From Candidatus Omnitrophota bacterium (GTDB lineage: Bacteria; Omnitrophota; Gorgyraeia; Velamenicoccales; JABMQK01), in the NCBI GenBank assembly GCA_028711115.1, contig JAQTSV010000001.1, positions 1,368,928 through 1,432,927 on the forward strand: a DNA stretch of 64,000 nt. Reading direction: 5' to 3'. This document shows, piece after piece, positions 36,179-46,405 of this stretch (within the stretch, counting starts at the first letter, position 1; each line of letters opens with the position of its first letter). A program made the position numbers and the translations under genes. The notes beneath the pieces were generated by a model, which was not told where the DNA came from, did not search any database, and saw only the letters and a list, made by a program, of their open reading frames with translations.

Positions 36179-37423
36179 TTATTCAGAACCGGCGTTAATG
36201 TTTTCGCTGGTTTTAATGTTTAATTTATCTTCATGAAATAATTTTCCCTCGTTACGCCACCAGCGCAATTCCTGAGATAGCCTTTCGGCACAGGCAACAA
36301 TGTCGAGTTTATTATCCCCATTCAAGTCAGCTAAAAGTATATTATTGGCACTTCTCCACTTCTTTTTCAGTAAAAGCATCTTCCACGGAATATCTTCTTT
36401 TCCGCCGGGATTATGGAACCAGGCCATCCGGCCCGGCTTGCGCCACGAAGTAGCAACTACGCCGACATCTCCATCATTGTCTAAATCCCCGGCCACCACT
36501 TCAAATGCATCATTAAATCCTTTATAAATGATATGCTTGGTCCATGAACCCGATGTGTTTTCATACCAGGCAATTTGGTGGGTATCTCTATCCCCGGATA
36601 AACCATCCTTACCAAAAGCCATAACAATATCCATATCTCCGTCTTTGTCAATATCAAACGGCTGCCCATGAGTGGGATAAAGTGTTTTGCTGTCCACAAT
36701 ATGCTTTTGAAAAGACCTTGCGCCATTACAATTCTCATACCAAACTACCATATGTGCTGAATGTACTGTAGAGAGCAAATCTAAATCTTTATCTCCGTCA
36801 AAGTCAGCCACCCGGATAGTATGATTTCCTGTTTGCTTGCTATCATCAATCGGATGCCTGATCCAATCACGGCCATTTAGAGAAGGAACGTTCTCAAACC
36901 AGGCTAAATAACCCTTATAACCGATAGCAATCACATCCAAATCTCCATCTTTATCCAGGTCAGCCAACGCCACATCGTAGGCATAAGGCATCTCTGGAGT
37001 AATTATGAATTCCTGCCAGGGCTGTCCATCCTGTGGTGTGCCATCATTGCGAAACCAAAGCAGCTCTCCGGGGGTATTATTGACGGCAACTATATCAGGA
37101 TGCCCATCTGAATCTATGTCTCCGATTGCGTGGCGCTCCAGATGGGAGTGCGCTCCGCTATAAGCAATATGTTTCGTAAAAACACCTGTCCCGTCGTTCT
37201 CAAACCAATATAGCGATTTTGGTTTTGTGGTGGCATTGGTACTGGTTAAATCAATATCCCCATCGCCATCCAAATCTGCGGCTGCAATACCAAAAATATA
37301 GTCATAGTTATCTAAAATCAGGTGTTCCGAAAAACGAATCTGATTACGCCCGTTTATGGTTGCGCAACCAGATGCGGTTAATATTAATAATCCGCACAGA
37401 ATTAACCAATAAATTCTCTTCAT
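36179..37423 (-). CDS. FG-GAP/VCBS-repeat beta-propeller lipoprotein
   Basis: Seven DxDxDGxxD Ca-binding-like repeats (DLDGDGDIDL, DIDSDGHPDIV, DLDKDGDLDV, DFDGDKDLDL, DIDKDGDMDIV, DLDNDGDVGVV, DLNGDNKLDIV). Lipobox LTASGC. ATG at 37423 has an AAGGAAG RBS, so the TTG at 37441 is less likely. Confidence 0.8.
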   Translation of the reverse strand: MKRIYWLILCGLLILTASGCATINGRNQIRFSEHLILDNYDYIFGIAAADLDGDGDIDLTSTNATTKPKSLYWFENDGTGVFTKHIAYSGAHSHLERHAIGDIDSDGHPDIVAVNNTPGELLWFRNDGTPQDGQPWQEFIITPEMPYAYDVALADLDKDGDLDVIAIGYKGYLAWFENVPSLNGRDWIRHPIDDSKQTGNHTIRVADFDGDKDLDLLSTVHSAHMVVWYENCNGARSFQKHIVDSKTLYPTHGQPFDIDKDGDMDIVMAFGKDGLSGDRDTHQIAWYENTSGSWTKHIIYKGFNDAFEVVAGDLDNDGDVGVVATSWRKPGRMAWFHNPGGKEDIPWKMLLLKKKWRSANNILLADLNGDNKLDIVACAERLSQELRWWRNEGKLFHEDKLNIKTSENINAGSE

Positions 37424-37438
37424 ATCTCTTCCTTTAAC

Positions 37439-37473
37439 CAAAAAGGCAACCCCTTTTTAGAGAGTTGCCTTAA
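37439..37473 (-). terminator. Terminator-like hairpin, paralogous to the one at 35783-35816
   Basis: The minus strand reads AAGGCAACUCU-CUAAAAA-GGGGUUGCCUUUUUGG, about 15 nt upstream of the FG-GAP gene ATG at 37423. Confidence 0.65.
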
Positions 37474-37569
37474 ATTTACTTTATTTTAACCTGCTTCTAC
37501 TCCTGCGCAACATAAGGTAATGATACTACTTCGGGCTTATTTTGGCAAGGGTTAAAAAAGTAACGGCGA

Positions 37570-37605
37570 ACAAGAAAAAGAAAAGCCACCGATTATCTCG
37601 ATGGC
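37570..37605 (-). terminator. Intrinsic terminator after tRNA-fMet
   Basis: The minus strand reads GCCAUCGA-gauaa-UCGGUGGC followed by UUUUCUUUUUCUU. Confidence 0.7.
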
Positions 37606-37616
37606 TTTATAGAAAT

Positions 37617-37693
<77 letters not shown>

Positions 37694-37701
37694 AAATCAG
37701 A

Positions 37702-37968
37702 CTATTTTTCTTCAGGTATTACTTTATAAATTATTTCGTTTTCTTTGGCTACGTTTAATTCCTGCCTTGCCACTGACTCTGCAAAAACAGGGTCTGTCTC
37801 TAATTTATTCTGTTTCTCCGAGAGGGCTCTGTTTTCGGCCGCCAGCTTCTTCATCTTAAATTTCAACTCTCTGTTTTTCTGAAGCAGGTCCTGATATTTG
37901 GAAAAAACAGAGATAAAACTCAAAGCACCCAACACAACTATAGTGATAAAAATTTTATTATTCTTCAA
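37702..37968 (-). CDS. ftsB: Cell division protein FtsB/DivIC (septum formation initiator)
   Basis: N-terminal TM segment, coiled coil, and a D..F.E..AR.EL....E motif. The eno-ftsB synteny matches that in E. coli. Confidence 0.75.
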   Translation of the reverse strand: MKNNKIFITIVVLGALSFISVFSKYQDLLQKNRELKFKMKKLAAENRALSEKQNKLETDPVFAESVARQELNVAKENEIIYKVIPEEK

Positions 37969-37998
37969 TTTTTTACTCTGGCTTTGCTTTTGTCGTGA

Positions 37999-39336
<1,338 letters not shown>

Positions 39337-39352
39337 TTAATATTAGGACAGT

Positions 39353-39381
39353 ATCATAAGATAAAATCAAAGTCAAGTCAA
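39353..39381 (-). promoter_or_regulatory. Putative eno promoter (-35 TTGACT, 17 nt, -10 TATGAT)
   Basis: The minus strand reads TTGACTtgactttgattttatctTATGAT. Confidence 0.55.
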
Positions 39382-39397
39382 ATTCTCGTAATTAAAA

Positions 39398-39426
39398 TTG
39401 ACTTGGCTTTTTTTATGTGTTATATT
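39398..39426 (+). promoter_or_regulatory. Putative ftsH-like gene promoter (-35 TTGACT, 17 nt, -10 TATATT)
   Basis: The plus strand reads TTGACTtggctttttttatgtgtTATATT, about 80 nt upstream of the ATG at 39509. A GGAGGA RBS is present. Confidence 0.55.
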
Positions 39427-39508
39427 CTTATAGTATTTATTTGTTCTGCAAATTTTTACAGGTTTACGATAACAACAATCAACAATTTCCGGAGGATAAA
39501 AACTTAAA

Positions 39509-41209
39509 ATGAACTGGAAAAAGATAAAATATTTCTTTAAGCTGCACTGGATAAAGATGCTTCTGATAATCTCGGGGCTTGCGCTTATAGTGGGGCTGGT
39601 GATATTGCTGGTGACGGGAATTGAGGCCTGGAACAATGCCGGCAATTTTATGAAGCAATCCCAGCTGGCAGTCATACCGCTGCAGTTATTCCTGCAGTTA
39701 ATCATGTCTATCGTCTTCGGCGTGGTTTATACAATGTTATGGTATTATCTCTTCTTTAAAAAAGGCGGGCGTGGCTTTACGCAGCAAAAGAAAAAAGCGG
39801 TTAAAGGCGAAGAGGTAGAAGTCACCTGGAATGATGTAATCGGTATGGAAGAGGCAAAACAGGAAGCATCCGAAGTGGTAAAATTAATCAAAGACCGCGC
39901 GGATTTGCAGCGTATCGGCGGAAAAATCCTAAGAGGAATACTTATGGTAGGGCCTCCAGGATGCGGAAAGACATACCTGGCCAAGGCCATAGCCACCGAA
40001 TCAAAACTTCCCTTTATTGCTATGTCTGGTTCGGAATTTGTAGAGATGTTTGTGGGTGTGGGCGCGAGCAGAATCCGTTCCCTGTTTAAACAGGCGCGTG
40101 ACCTTGCCACGCTTGAAGGCGGATGCATAATCTTTATCGACGAAATAGACGCCGTGGGAGCGCAGCGCGCTACCGATTCAGGTTTCGGCGGCCAGACTGA
40201 ATTTAATACAACGCTTAACCAGTTGCTCGTAGAAATGGACGGTTTAAAAGACAAGGACACCAATGTCATTATAATCGGAGCCACCAATGCGCCGATGTAT
40301 TTCCTGGACCAGGCGCTTTTGAGACCGGGCAGGTTCGACCGCATAATTAACGTAGGTCTGCCGGGGCTTGAAGACAGAGAAAAATTATTCCAGTATTATT
40401 TAAGTAAAGTAAAATTTGATTCCTCGCTGAATATACCACGCCTGGCACGCAGGGCTGTGCAGAAAAGTCCCGCAGATATTTCTAATATAGTAAGGGAAGC
40501 TGCGCTATTGGCAGTAAGACATGAAAAAGCTACTGTAACTATGAAAGAAATAAATGAAGCCATGGACAGAATAGAACTGGGCGTGAAGCGTAATATAAAA
40601 CTCACTCCCCGCGAAAAAGAAATGACCGCTTATCACGAAGCCGGCCATGCAATTGTGGCCTATCTTCTCAACCCCACCGACGATGTGATGAAGGCGTCGA
40701 TAATCCCCAGGGCGGATACTTTGGGAGTTGTCTATCATGTCCCCAGGGAAGAAATACATAATTATGACCGGGAAAAACTGCTGGCCAATATAAAAGTAAG
40801 CATCGGCAGTTATGTGGCGGAAAAAATAAAATTCGGCACAACCACTTCCGGAGTAGACTCGGATTTCCGCACTGCCCTGTTTTTCGCACACGATATGGTA
40901 TGGCGCTGGGGTATGGGTGACAGCGGACTTCTGGGCAATTACGCAGGCCTGGAGACACGGATTTCCGGCTGGAGCCGTTCGCCGCGGGAATCTGTCATTT
41001 CAGAAAAAGTAAGAGAACAATTAAACGCAGATACACAAAAAATAATGGAACAATGCCTGAAGGAAGTAGAAGAACTCCTGCAAAAAGAAAGGCCGTTACT
41101 TGACCGCTTTGCCCAGGAATTAGTCAAGAAACAAGAGCTCGATTATGACGAAATTGATGCGATATTTAAGGAATTCCATAAATCCCGCCCTGACAGTTCT
41201 GTTAATTAG
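39509..41209 (+). CDS. ftsH: FtsH-family AAA+ zinc metalloprotease (short-loop, non-canonical N-terminus)
   Basis: Walker A GPPGCGKT, Walker B IIFIDEID, SRH region, and HEAGH zinc motif. Two TM helices are separated by only ~15-20 aa. Confidence 0.85.
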   Translation: MNWKKIKYFFKLHWIKMLLIISGLALIVGLVILLVTGIEAWNNAGNFMKQSQLAVIPLQLFLQLIMSIVFGVVYTMLWYYLFFKKGGRGFTQQKKKAVKGEEVEVTWNDVIGMEEAKQEASEVVKLIKDRADLQRIGGKILRGILMVGPPGCGKTYLAKAIATESKLPFIAMSGSEFVEMFVGVGASRIRSLFKQARDLATLEGGCIIFIDEIDAVGAQRATDSGFGGQTEFNTTLNQLLVEMDGLKDKDTNVIIIGATNAPMYFLDQALLRPGRFDRIINVGLPGLEDREKLFQYYLSKVKFDSSLNIPRLARRAVQKSPADISNIVREAALLAVRHEKATVTMKEINEAMDRIELGVKRNIKLTPREKEMTAYHEAGHAIVAYLLNPTDDVMKASIIPRADTLGVVYHVPREEIHNYDREKLLANIKVSIGSYVAEKIKFGTTTSGVDSDFRTALFFAHDMVWRWGMGDSGLLGNYAGLETRISGWSRSPRESVISEKVREQLNADTQKIMEQCLKEVEELLQKERPLLDRFAQELVKKQELDYDEIDAIFKEFHKSRPDSSVN

Positions 41210-42149
41210 TTCGCTGTTTTTGTCGGCTTGCGCGCGCAAACTTCCTCCTCCGGCAAAAACAAACGTAGAAGAAAAATTTCTCGCCAGTTTTAATAAAACC
41301 GCAAAACTCGACTATCCGGTCTATACCACTACCAGAACTGTAGGAAAAACTCTCTGGATATATATTGCCACTGACAAAGATATCTTAACCATCAATTCCT
41401 CCTCTAATAAAGGCGGGGTATTGCCTGAAAAAAATATAAAATTCCTGGACATAACCTGCCAATACGAAAACTCGGCTTTTGACATAAACTACATATTCCT
41501 GAAATACAGCCCGGAAGAAAAGGAAAAAGAAAAAGATTTATTCAAGAAGACCGTGGGCGGCACTACTTTATATCAGGATTTCACCAATGCCACCATAGAA
41601 ATATTGCAGAAAGCTTATTTCTCCATCGGTGATATTATCCGTGACACCGAAAATATGAATTTTTTTGCCATCTGCCTGGCGAATATAAAAAATGGCATAA
41701 AGATAACTTTTGTTATCCACAGGCTGGATATGGAACAATTCCTACTGAATATGCTGCCCTCGGATGAATTCTACAACAGAATGATTCTAAAAGCAGACGG
41801 TAGTAAAGATATCATAAATGATAAATACGGTCTGCATATAGAATATAACGATATTTTACTTGTTGATTTCTTAAGAGAGCAGATAGTAAACAACGCTAAA
41901 GCCAAAATCAACGAAATGGAGAAATACGGCGCTGAAAGAATAAAATCGCTGGATAAATTAGACGACATAATATTAAAGAGTATTTATGAAGTGGTCACAA
42001 AATATAAGTTCAGTGATTTCGATCTGGTAGAAATCCAGGATTTGATAAGCAAAGATAGGCTATCCATAAGCAGGACAAGATTATTATCCAAATTCAGCAA
42101 TCCCTCCCCTGCTTATTCTCTAGAAGACGAAAACCCGACTTCCTTATAA
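41157..42149 (+). CDS. Hypothetical lipoprotein overlapping the 3' end of the ftsH-like gene
   Basis: MRYLRNSINPALTVLLISSLFLSAC lipobox. The gene overlaps ftsH by 53-65 nt in another frame. Confidence 0.55.
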   Translation: MRYLRNSINPALTVLLISSLFLSACARKLPPPAKTNVEEKFLASFNKTAKLDYPVYTTTRTVGKTLWIYIATDKDILTINSSSNKGGVLPEKNIKFLDITCQYENSAFDINYIFLKYSPEEKEKEKDLFKKTVGGTTLYQDFTNATIEILQKAYFSIGDIIRDTENMNFFAICLANIKNGIKITFVIHRLDMEQFLLNMLPSDEFYNRMILKADGSKDIINDKYGLHIEYNDILLVDFLREQIVNNAKAKINEMEKYGAERIKSLDKLDDIILKSIYEVVTKYKFSDFDLVEIQDLISKDRLSISRTRLLSKFSNPSPAYSLEDENPTSL

Positions 42150-42268
42150 TCTTTATCTCACCCAGAATAATTTCTCTAGAAATCCTATTTTTAAATATTG
42201 GAAGAATTTTGTGGATGTGAATGCGGTGAAATATTTTGCTGCGGAATTGACAAGAGATTAATCTGACT

Positions 42269-42874
42269 TTAAATAATTTCTACTTCCCTGCCTGCTATCT
42301 TCAATCTCCCGGAAGCAAACAACTGGATAGCCTTATAATAAAGTTTATGCTCAACTTTATGTATGCGTTCTTCCAATGATTTGAGCGTATCGTCTTTTTT
42401 AACGGGCACTGCCTCCTGCAGAATTATCGGGCCGTGGTCTGTCCTTTCATCGACGAAATGAACCGTAACCCCCGTGACTTTTGCTCCGTAATCAAAGGCA
42501 TCTTTAATTCCATGCGCGCCTTTAAACGACGGCAACAAGGCCGGGTGGATATTTAATATCCTATTTTTATACTCGCTTAAAATATCTTTTCCCACTATGC
42601 GCATAAAACCCGACAAAACTATCAATTGAACCTTTTCTTTCTTGAGATGCTTTATAATTTCTTTCTCGAAACCGCTCTTCGTAGAAAATTTTAATGGCTC
42701 AACTACAACCGTTTTTATGCCGGCTTTTTTTGCCCTTACAAGCGCGTAAGCCGAAGGGTTATCGCTTACAACCAAAGCTATTTTAACCGACTTTAATTTT
42801 TTGCTTTTTATGGCATTGATTATTGCCTGTAGGTTTGTCCCGTTACCCGAACAAAAAACAGAAATTTTTATCAT
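42269..42874 (-). CDS. purN: Phosphoribosylglycinamide formyltransferase
   Basis: SGNGTNLQAII, NIHPALLP and HFVDE..DHGPII motifs. Confidence 0.93.
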   Translation of the reverse strand: MIKISVFCSGNGTNLQAIINAIKSKKLKSVKIALVVSDNPSAYALVRAKKAGIKTVVVEPLKFSTKSGFEKEIIKHLKKEKVQLIVLSGFMRIVGKDILSEYKNRILNIHPALLPSFKGAHGIKDAFDYGAKVTGVTVHFVDERTDHGPIILQEAVPVKKDDTLKSLEERIHKVEHKLYYKAIQLFASGRLKIAGREVEII

Positions 42875-42875
42875 G

Positions 42876-43667
42876 CTAACCTCTCTTTATTATGCATTTT
42901 GTAGGGCATACTTTTAAACACTCACCCATATTCTGGCATTTTGCATAATCAAAAACTGCTAAGTTATTTACAACTTTTATAGCCGAAACCGGGCAGGATT
43001 TTTCGCATTTATGACAGGCAATGCAACCTGCCGGGCAAACATCTAAAACGGCTCTTCCGAAATCAAGCGACGAACAATTTGTATAATATTTTTTATCTAC
43101 CGGCTCAAGGCTGAATAATTTCTTGGGGCAAATTGCAACGCACTTTCCGCAGGACGTGCATTTTGCTTCATCGACCTCCGGCAGCCCTGTTTCCTCATTC
43201 ATATTTATCGCGTCAAAAGGGCATTCTTTAGCGCAGCTTGCCAAACTCAAGCAACCATAGACGCAGGATTTCTGCCCGCCCTGCAGCAAGCTTGCCGCGT
43301 TGCAATCTTTTATGCCATTATATTTAAATTTATCCTTAACTTTATTTCCGCCTCCGCAGTGTAATACTGCAACTGTTTTAACTTTTGTGTGCATATCATG
43401 GCCCAGCAACTTGGCAATTTCTGATTTCTCTCCCAGTTCAGTCACCGGGCATTTATCTACTGTGCACTCGCCATTTATGAGGCCTTCCGCAAAAGCGATG
43501 CAGCCGGCTTTTCCGCAGGCGCCGCAGTTCGCTCCGGCCAAGTGCGCAAATATAGCTTCTACCTTGGGGTCTGTAGTAACGCACAGTTTCTTTGCGGCGA
43601 TAGCCAATCCCACGCCGAAAATTAAACCCAGAATACTTAAAGTTAAAACCGGAATTATTATTTCCAT
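42876..43667 (-). CDS. rnfB: Rnf complex subunit B (polyferredoxin)
   Basis: N-terminal TM segment, CGACGKAGC motif, and several CxxCxxCxxxCP motifs. Confidence 0.9.
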   Translation of the reverse strand: MEIIIPVLTLSILGLIFGVGLAIAAKKLCVTTDPKVEAIFAHLAGANCGACGKAGCIAFAEGLINGECTVDKCPVTELGEKSEIAKLLGHDMHTKVKTVAVLHCGGGNKVKDKFKYNGIKDCNAASLLQGGQKSCVYGCLSLASCAKECPFDAINMNEETGLPEVDEAKCTSCGKCVAICPKKLFSLEPVDKKYYTNCSSLDFGRAVLDVCPAGCIACHKCEKSCPVSAIKVVNNLAVFDYAKCQNMGECLKVCPTKCIIKRG

Positions 43668-43670
43668 AAT

Positions 43671-44279
43671 TTAAAACCTGAAACCTGAAAATCCCATAAA
43701 TGCCAGGCTCATTAAAGACGCAATGACAAACGCCAACGGCACATCCTTAAAACTTCTGGGAACTTCTACTAATTCCAATCTTTCTCTTATCCCCGACATT
43801 AAAAGCATGGCCAGACAATAGCCTACGCCGGCAAATAATCCTTGCACTACTGATAAGGCAAAACTTCCCGGGACAATTTTACTATTTATAAAAAATTCCT
43901 CGCTATTTAACACTGCCACGCCCAACACAGCGCAGTTTACGGTGATTAAAGGCAGGTATATCCCAAAAAACTTATACAAATGCGGGCTGGTCTTTCGTAT
44001 AAACATCTCCACCAGCTGCACAAATGTAGCAATTACCAGAATAAAAGAAATGGTGCGCATATAAGTTATATTAAAAGGTATAAGGATAAAACGGTAAATT
44101 AGCCAGGTAATAATTGAAGACATCGTAGTGACAAACATAACCGCAAAGCCCATGCTCACCGCGGGCCTGGTTTCTTTGGAAACTCCGATAAACGAACAAA
44201 GCCCCAAAAATTTGGAGAGGATAAAGTTATTGATAAAAACCATGCTGATAAAAATCATTACAAACTTACTTACATCCAT
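43671..44279 (-). CDS. rnfA: Rnf complex subunit A
   Basis: NNFILSKFLGLC and the polytopic RnfA/NqrE pattern. Confidence 0.9.
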   Translation of the reverse strand: MDVSKFVMIFISMVFINNFILSKFLGLCSFIGVSKETRPAVSMGFAVMFVTTMSSIITWLIYRFILIPFNITYMRTISFILVIATFVQLVEMFIRKTSPHLYKFFGIYLPLITVNCAVLGVAVLNSEEFFINSKIVPGSFALSVVQGLFAGVGYCLAMLLMSGIRERLELVEVPRSFKDVPLAFVIASLMSLAFMGFSGFRF

Positions 44280-44904
44280 GGCAACCCAATCCTTTTATTT
44301 CCTTCTTATCCTTCTTTTTAAGATGGTAGAAATTCATTATGCCTATCAATATCCCAATGGTAAACAACGCCCCCGGAGCCAAAACCATCATCGTTACCGG
44401 TTCAAAACCTTTAACCAGGGGTATGCCTAAAATTGTGCCGTTACCCAAAAATTCCCGGATGGAGGCGATAATAACCAGCGCTATGGTAAAACCTACGCCC
44501 ATTCCCAAAGCGTCTAATATAGAATATAAAACCGAATTTTTACAGGCAAACGCCTCTGCGCGGCCAAGCACAATGCAATTAACCACAATAAGCGGCACAA
44601 AAATACCCAAAGAGCGGTTCAGCGCCGGAAAATAAGCCTTCATAATCATTTCATTTATGGTAACGAAGGTCGCGATAATTACGATATAACAAGGAATACG
44701 TATCCTATCCGGAATAAAATTCCTTAATGCAGAAATAAAAATATTAGAACCAAGAAGCACAAATGTTGCCGCTACGCCCATGCCTATGGCGTTTACAACC
44801 GTAGTTGAAACCGCAAGCGTAGGACAAAGCCCCAAGACCAGAGCAAACGTGGGGTTTTCTACGGTGATGCCTTTCTTAAACTCATAAAATAATTTCTTTA
44901 TCAT
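44266..44904 (-). CDS. rnfE: Rnf complex subunit E
   Basis: ENPTFALVLGLCPTLAV and GIFVPLIVVNCIVLGRAE motifs. Confidence 0.9.
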   Translation of the reverse strand: MIKKLFYEFKKGITVENPTFALVLGLCPTLAVSTTVVNAIGMGVAATFVLLGSNIFISALRNFIPDRIRIPCYIVIIATFVTINEMIMKAYFPALNRSLGIFVPLIVVNCIVLGRAEAFACKNSVLYSILDALGMGVGFTIALVIIASIREFLGNGTILGIPLVKGFEPVTMMVLAPGALFTIGILIGIMNFYHLKKKDKKEIKGLGCHGCK

Positions 44905-45431
44905 TTTACTTTGGAAAGAAAATCTACGACTTCTTTCTTTACTCCTTCCAATACGGCCCTTGAACTTATTGTCGCTGCGGTAATCGCCTGGACGTCTTTG
45001 CCTAACTCTAATTCTTTTGCATTTTTTCCTTCAAATTGTTTTAAAAACCACGGCCTATCTTCGCCGTAGCGCGATTCGTTTATCTTTGCGCCTAAACCCG
45101 GGGTTTCGCTGTGCGACAAAATCTTAATCCCCTTAATCTCGCCGTTAAAATCAAAACCCACAAGCATTTTTATTGCACCGCCATAACCTCTTGCTTCTAC
45201 TTTGATGATGTAACCTAAAACTTTTGCGCCTTTCTTTGCCAAATAATAGTCTTTACCTTCTATAGTTTTTTGTTCAAATTCGGTTGCACCAATAAACACT
45301 TTATCCAAAGCGTCTTTTTCTTCGTTAATCGATTGCGCTTCGATGCGCGAATGCGTAAATTTATAAGTCGTGCTTAAAACCAGCGATGAGCATAAACATA
45401 TAGTCAATAAAATCAAACCGTAACGGATCAT
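44901..45431 (-). CDS. rnfG: Rnf complex subunit G (FMN-binding)
   Basis: SHSETPGLG and the ITAATISSRAV flavinylation motif. Confidence 0.88.
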   Translation of the reverse strand: MIRYGLILLTICLCSSLVLSTTYKFTHSRIEAQSINEEKDALDKVFIGATEFEQKTIEGKDYYLAKKGAKVLGYIIKVEARGYGGAIKMLVGFDFNGEIKGIKILSHSETPGLGAKINESRYGEDRPWFLKQFEGKNAKELELGKDVQAITAATISSRAVLEGVKKEVVDFLSKVK

Positions 45432-46405
45432 TGTTTTGCCTTTGCTTTCTTCCAGCCGTATTTTTTGGGGCGGCTAAAACGGTCAATCAAAGGAGTTGCG
45501 GCATTCATCATTAAAATCGCGTAAGAAACTCCTTCGGGATAGCCTCCCCATCTTCGGATTACAAAAGTCAACAAGCCGCAGCCTGTGCCGAAAATTATTT
45601 TCCCTTTTTTTGTCAAAGGCGCGGTCACATAATCAGTGGCCATAAAGAATGCGCCTAAAATAGCTCCTCCGGCTAAAATAGAAAACAGAAAGTCTCCTTT
45701 TAGTAAACCGCTGCCAGGAAAAACCCAGCTAAATATTCCCAGGGTCAATATAAAACTAACCGGTATCTGCCAGGATATGTATCTTTTAATAAGAAGATAA
45801 ATCCCTCCCAAAAGCAAAGCGGCTACGCATATTTCTCCGATACAGCCACCGCGGTTACCGATAAATAAATCCCAATAACTCGGCAAGGGATAATTTAATT
45901 TTTCTTTTATTATGCCCAAAGGCGTTGCACTGGTTATAGCGTCAACCTGCCACCTGGGGTTAACCCAGGCAGTCATATATTTCGGCCAGGAGGCCATTAA
46001 AAATGCCCTGCCTACCAAAGCCGGATTAAAGATATTAAAACCCAAGCCGCCGAAAATCTGTTTTCCTATGGCGATGCTAAAGAAACTGCCCACGGCGGCA
46101 ATCCAAAGCGGTACGCCGCTTGATAAATTATATCCCAGGAGTAAACCTGTGATAATGGCGCTTCCGTCTAATATAGTTACTTTCTTTCCTCTGATTTTCT
46201 GAAAAATCCACTCGGTAACCAGGGCGCTTATAACCGAAACGCAAATTATATTAAATGCGTTTATGCCAAAAATATAAATTCCTGCGATACCTGCGGGTAA
46301 AAGCGCAAAAAATGTCGCCCACATCCTTCGCACAATATGGTCGTCAATTTCTATGTGAGGGCCTGACGAAACTACCAGGTTATTTCTTAATTCTGGACTT
46401 GGCAT
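45428..46405 (-). CDS. rnfD: Rnf complex subunit D
   Basis: VVSSGPHI, FNPALVGRAF and DAITSATPL motifs. Confidence 0.9.
   Translation of the reverse strand: MPSPELRNNLVVSSGPHIEIDDHIVRRMWATFFALLPAGIAGIYIFGINAFNIICVSVISALVTEWIFQKIRGKKVTILDGSAIITGLLLGYNLSSGVPLWIAAVGSFFSIAIGKQIFGGLGFNIFNPALVGRAFLMASWPKYMTAWVNPRWQVDAITSATPLGIIKEKLNYPLPSYWDLFIGNRGGCIGEICVAALLLGGIYLLIKRYISWQIPVSFILTLGIFSWVFPGSGLLKGDFLFSILAGGAILGAFFMATDYVTAPLTKKGKIIFGTGCGLLTFVIRRWGGYPEGVSYAILMMNAATPLIDRFSRPKKYGWKKAKAKQ

Noticed and set aside
39745-40344. Long antisense ORFs inside well-supported genes. Examples: 39745-40344 in ftsH, 49200-49721 in marC, 20076-20759 in tsaC-PTP, 22239-22739 in purD, 18722-19246 in glyA, 4033-4437 in por.
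   Set aside because: Each lies entirely within, and opposite to, a gene with unambiguous family motifs. The translations are low-complexity or motif-free. These are typical shadow ORFs.
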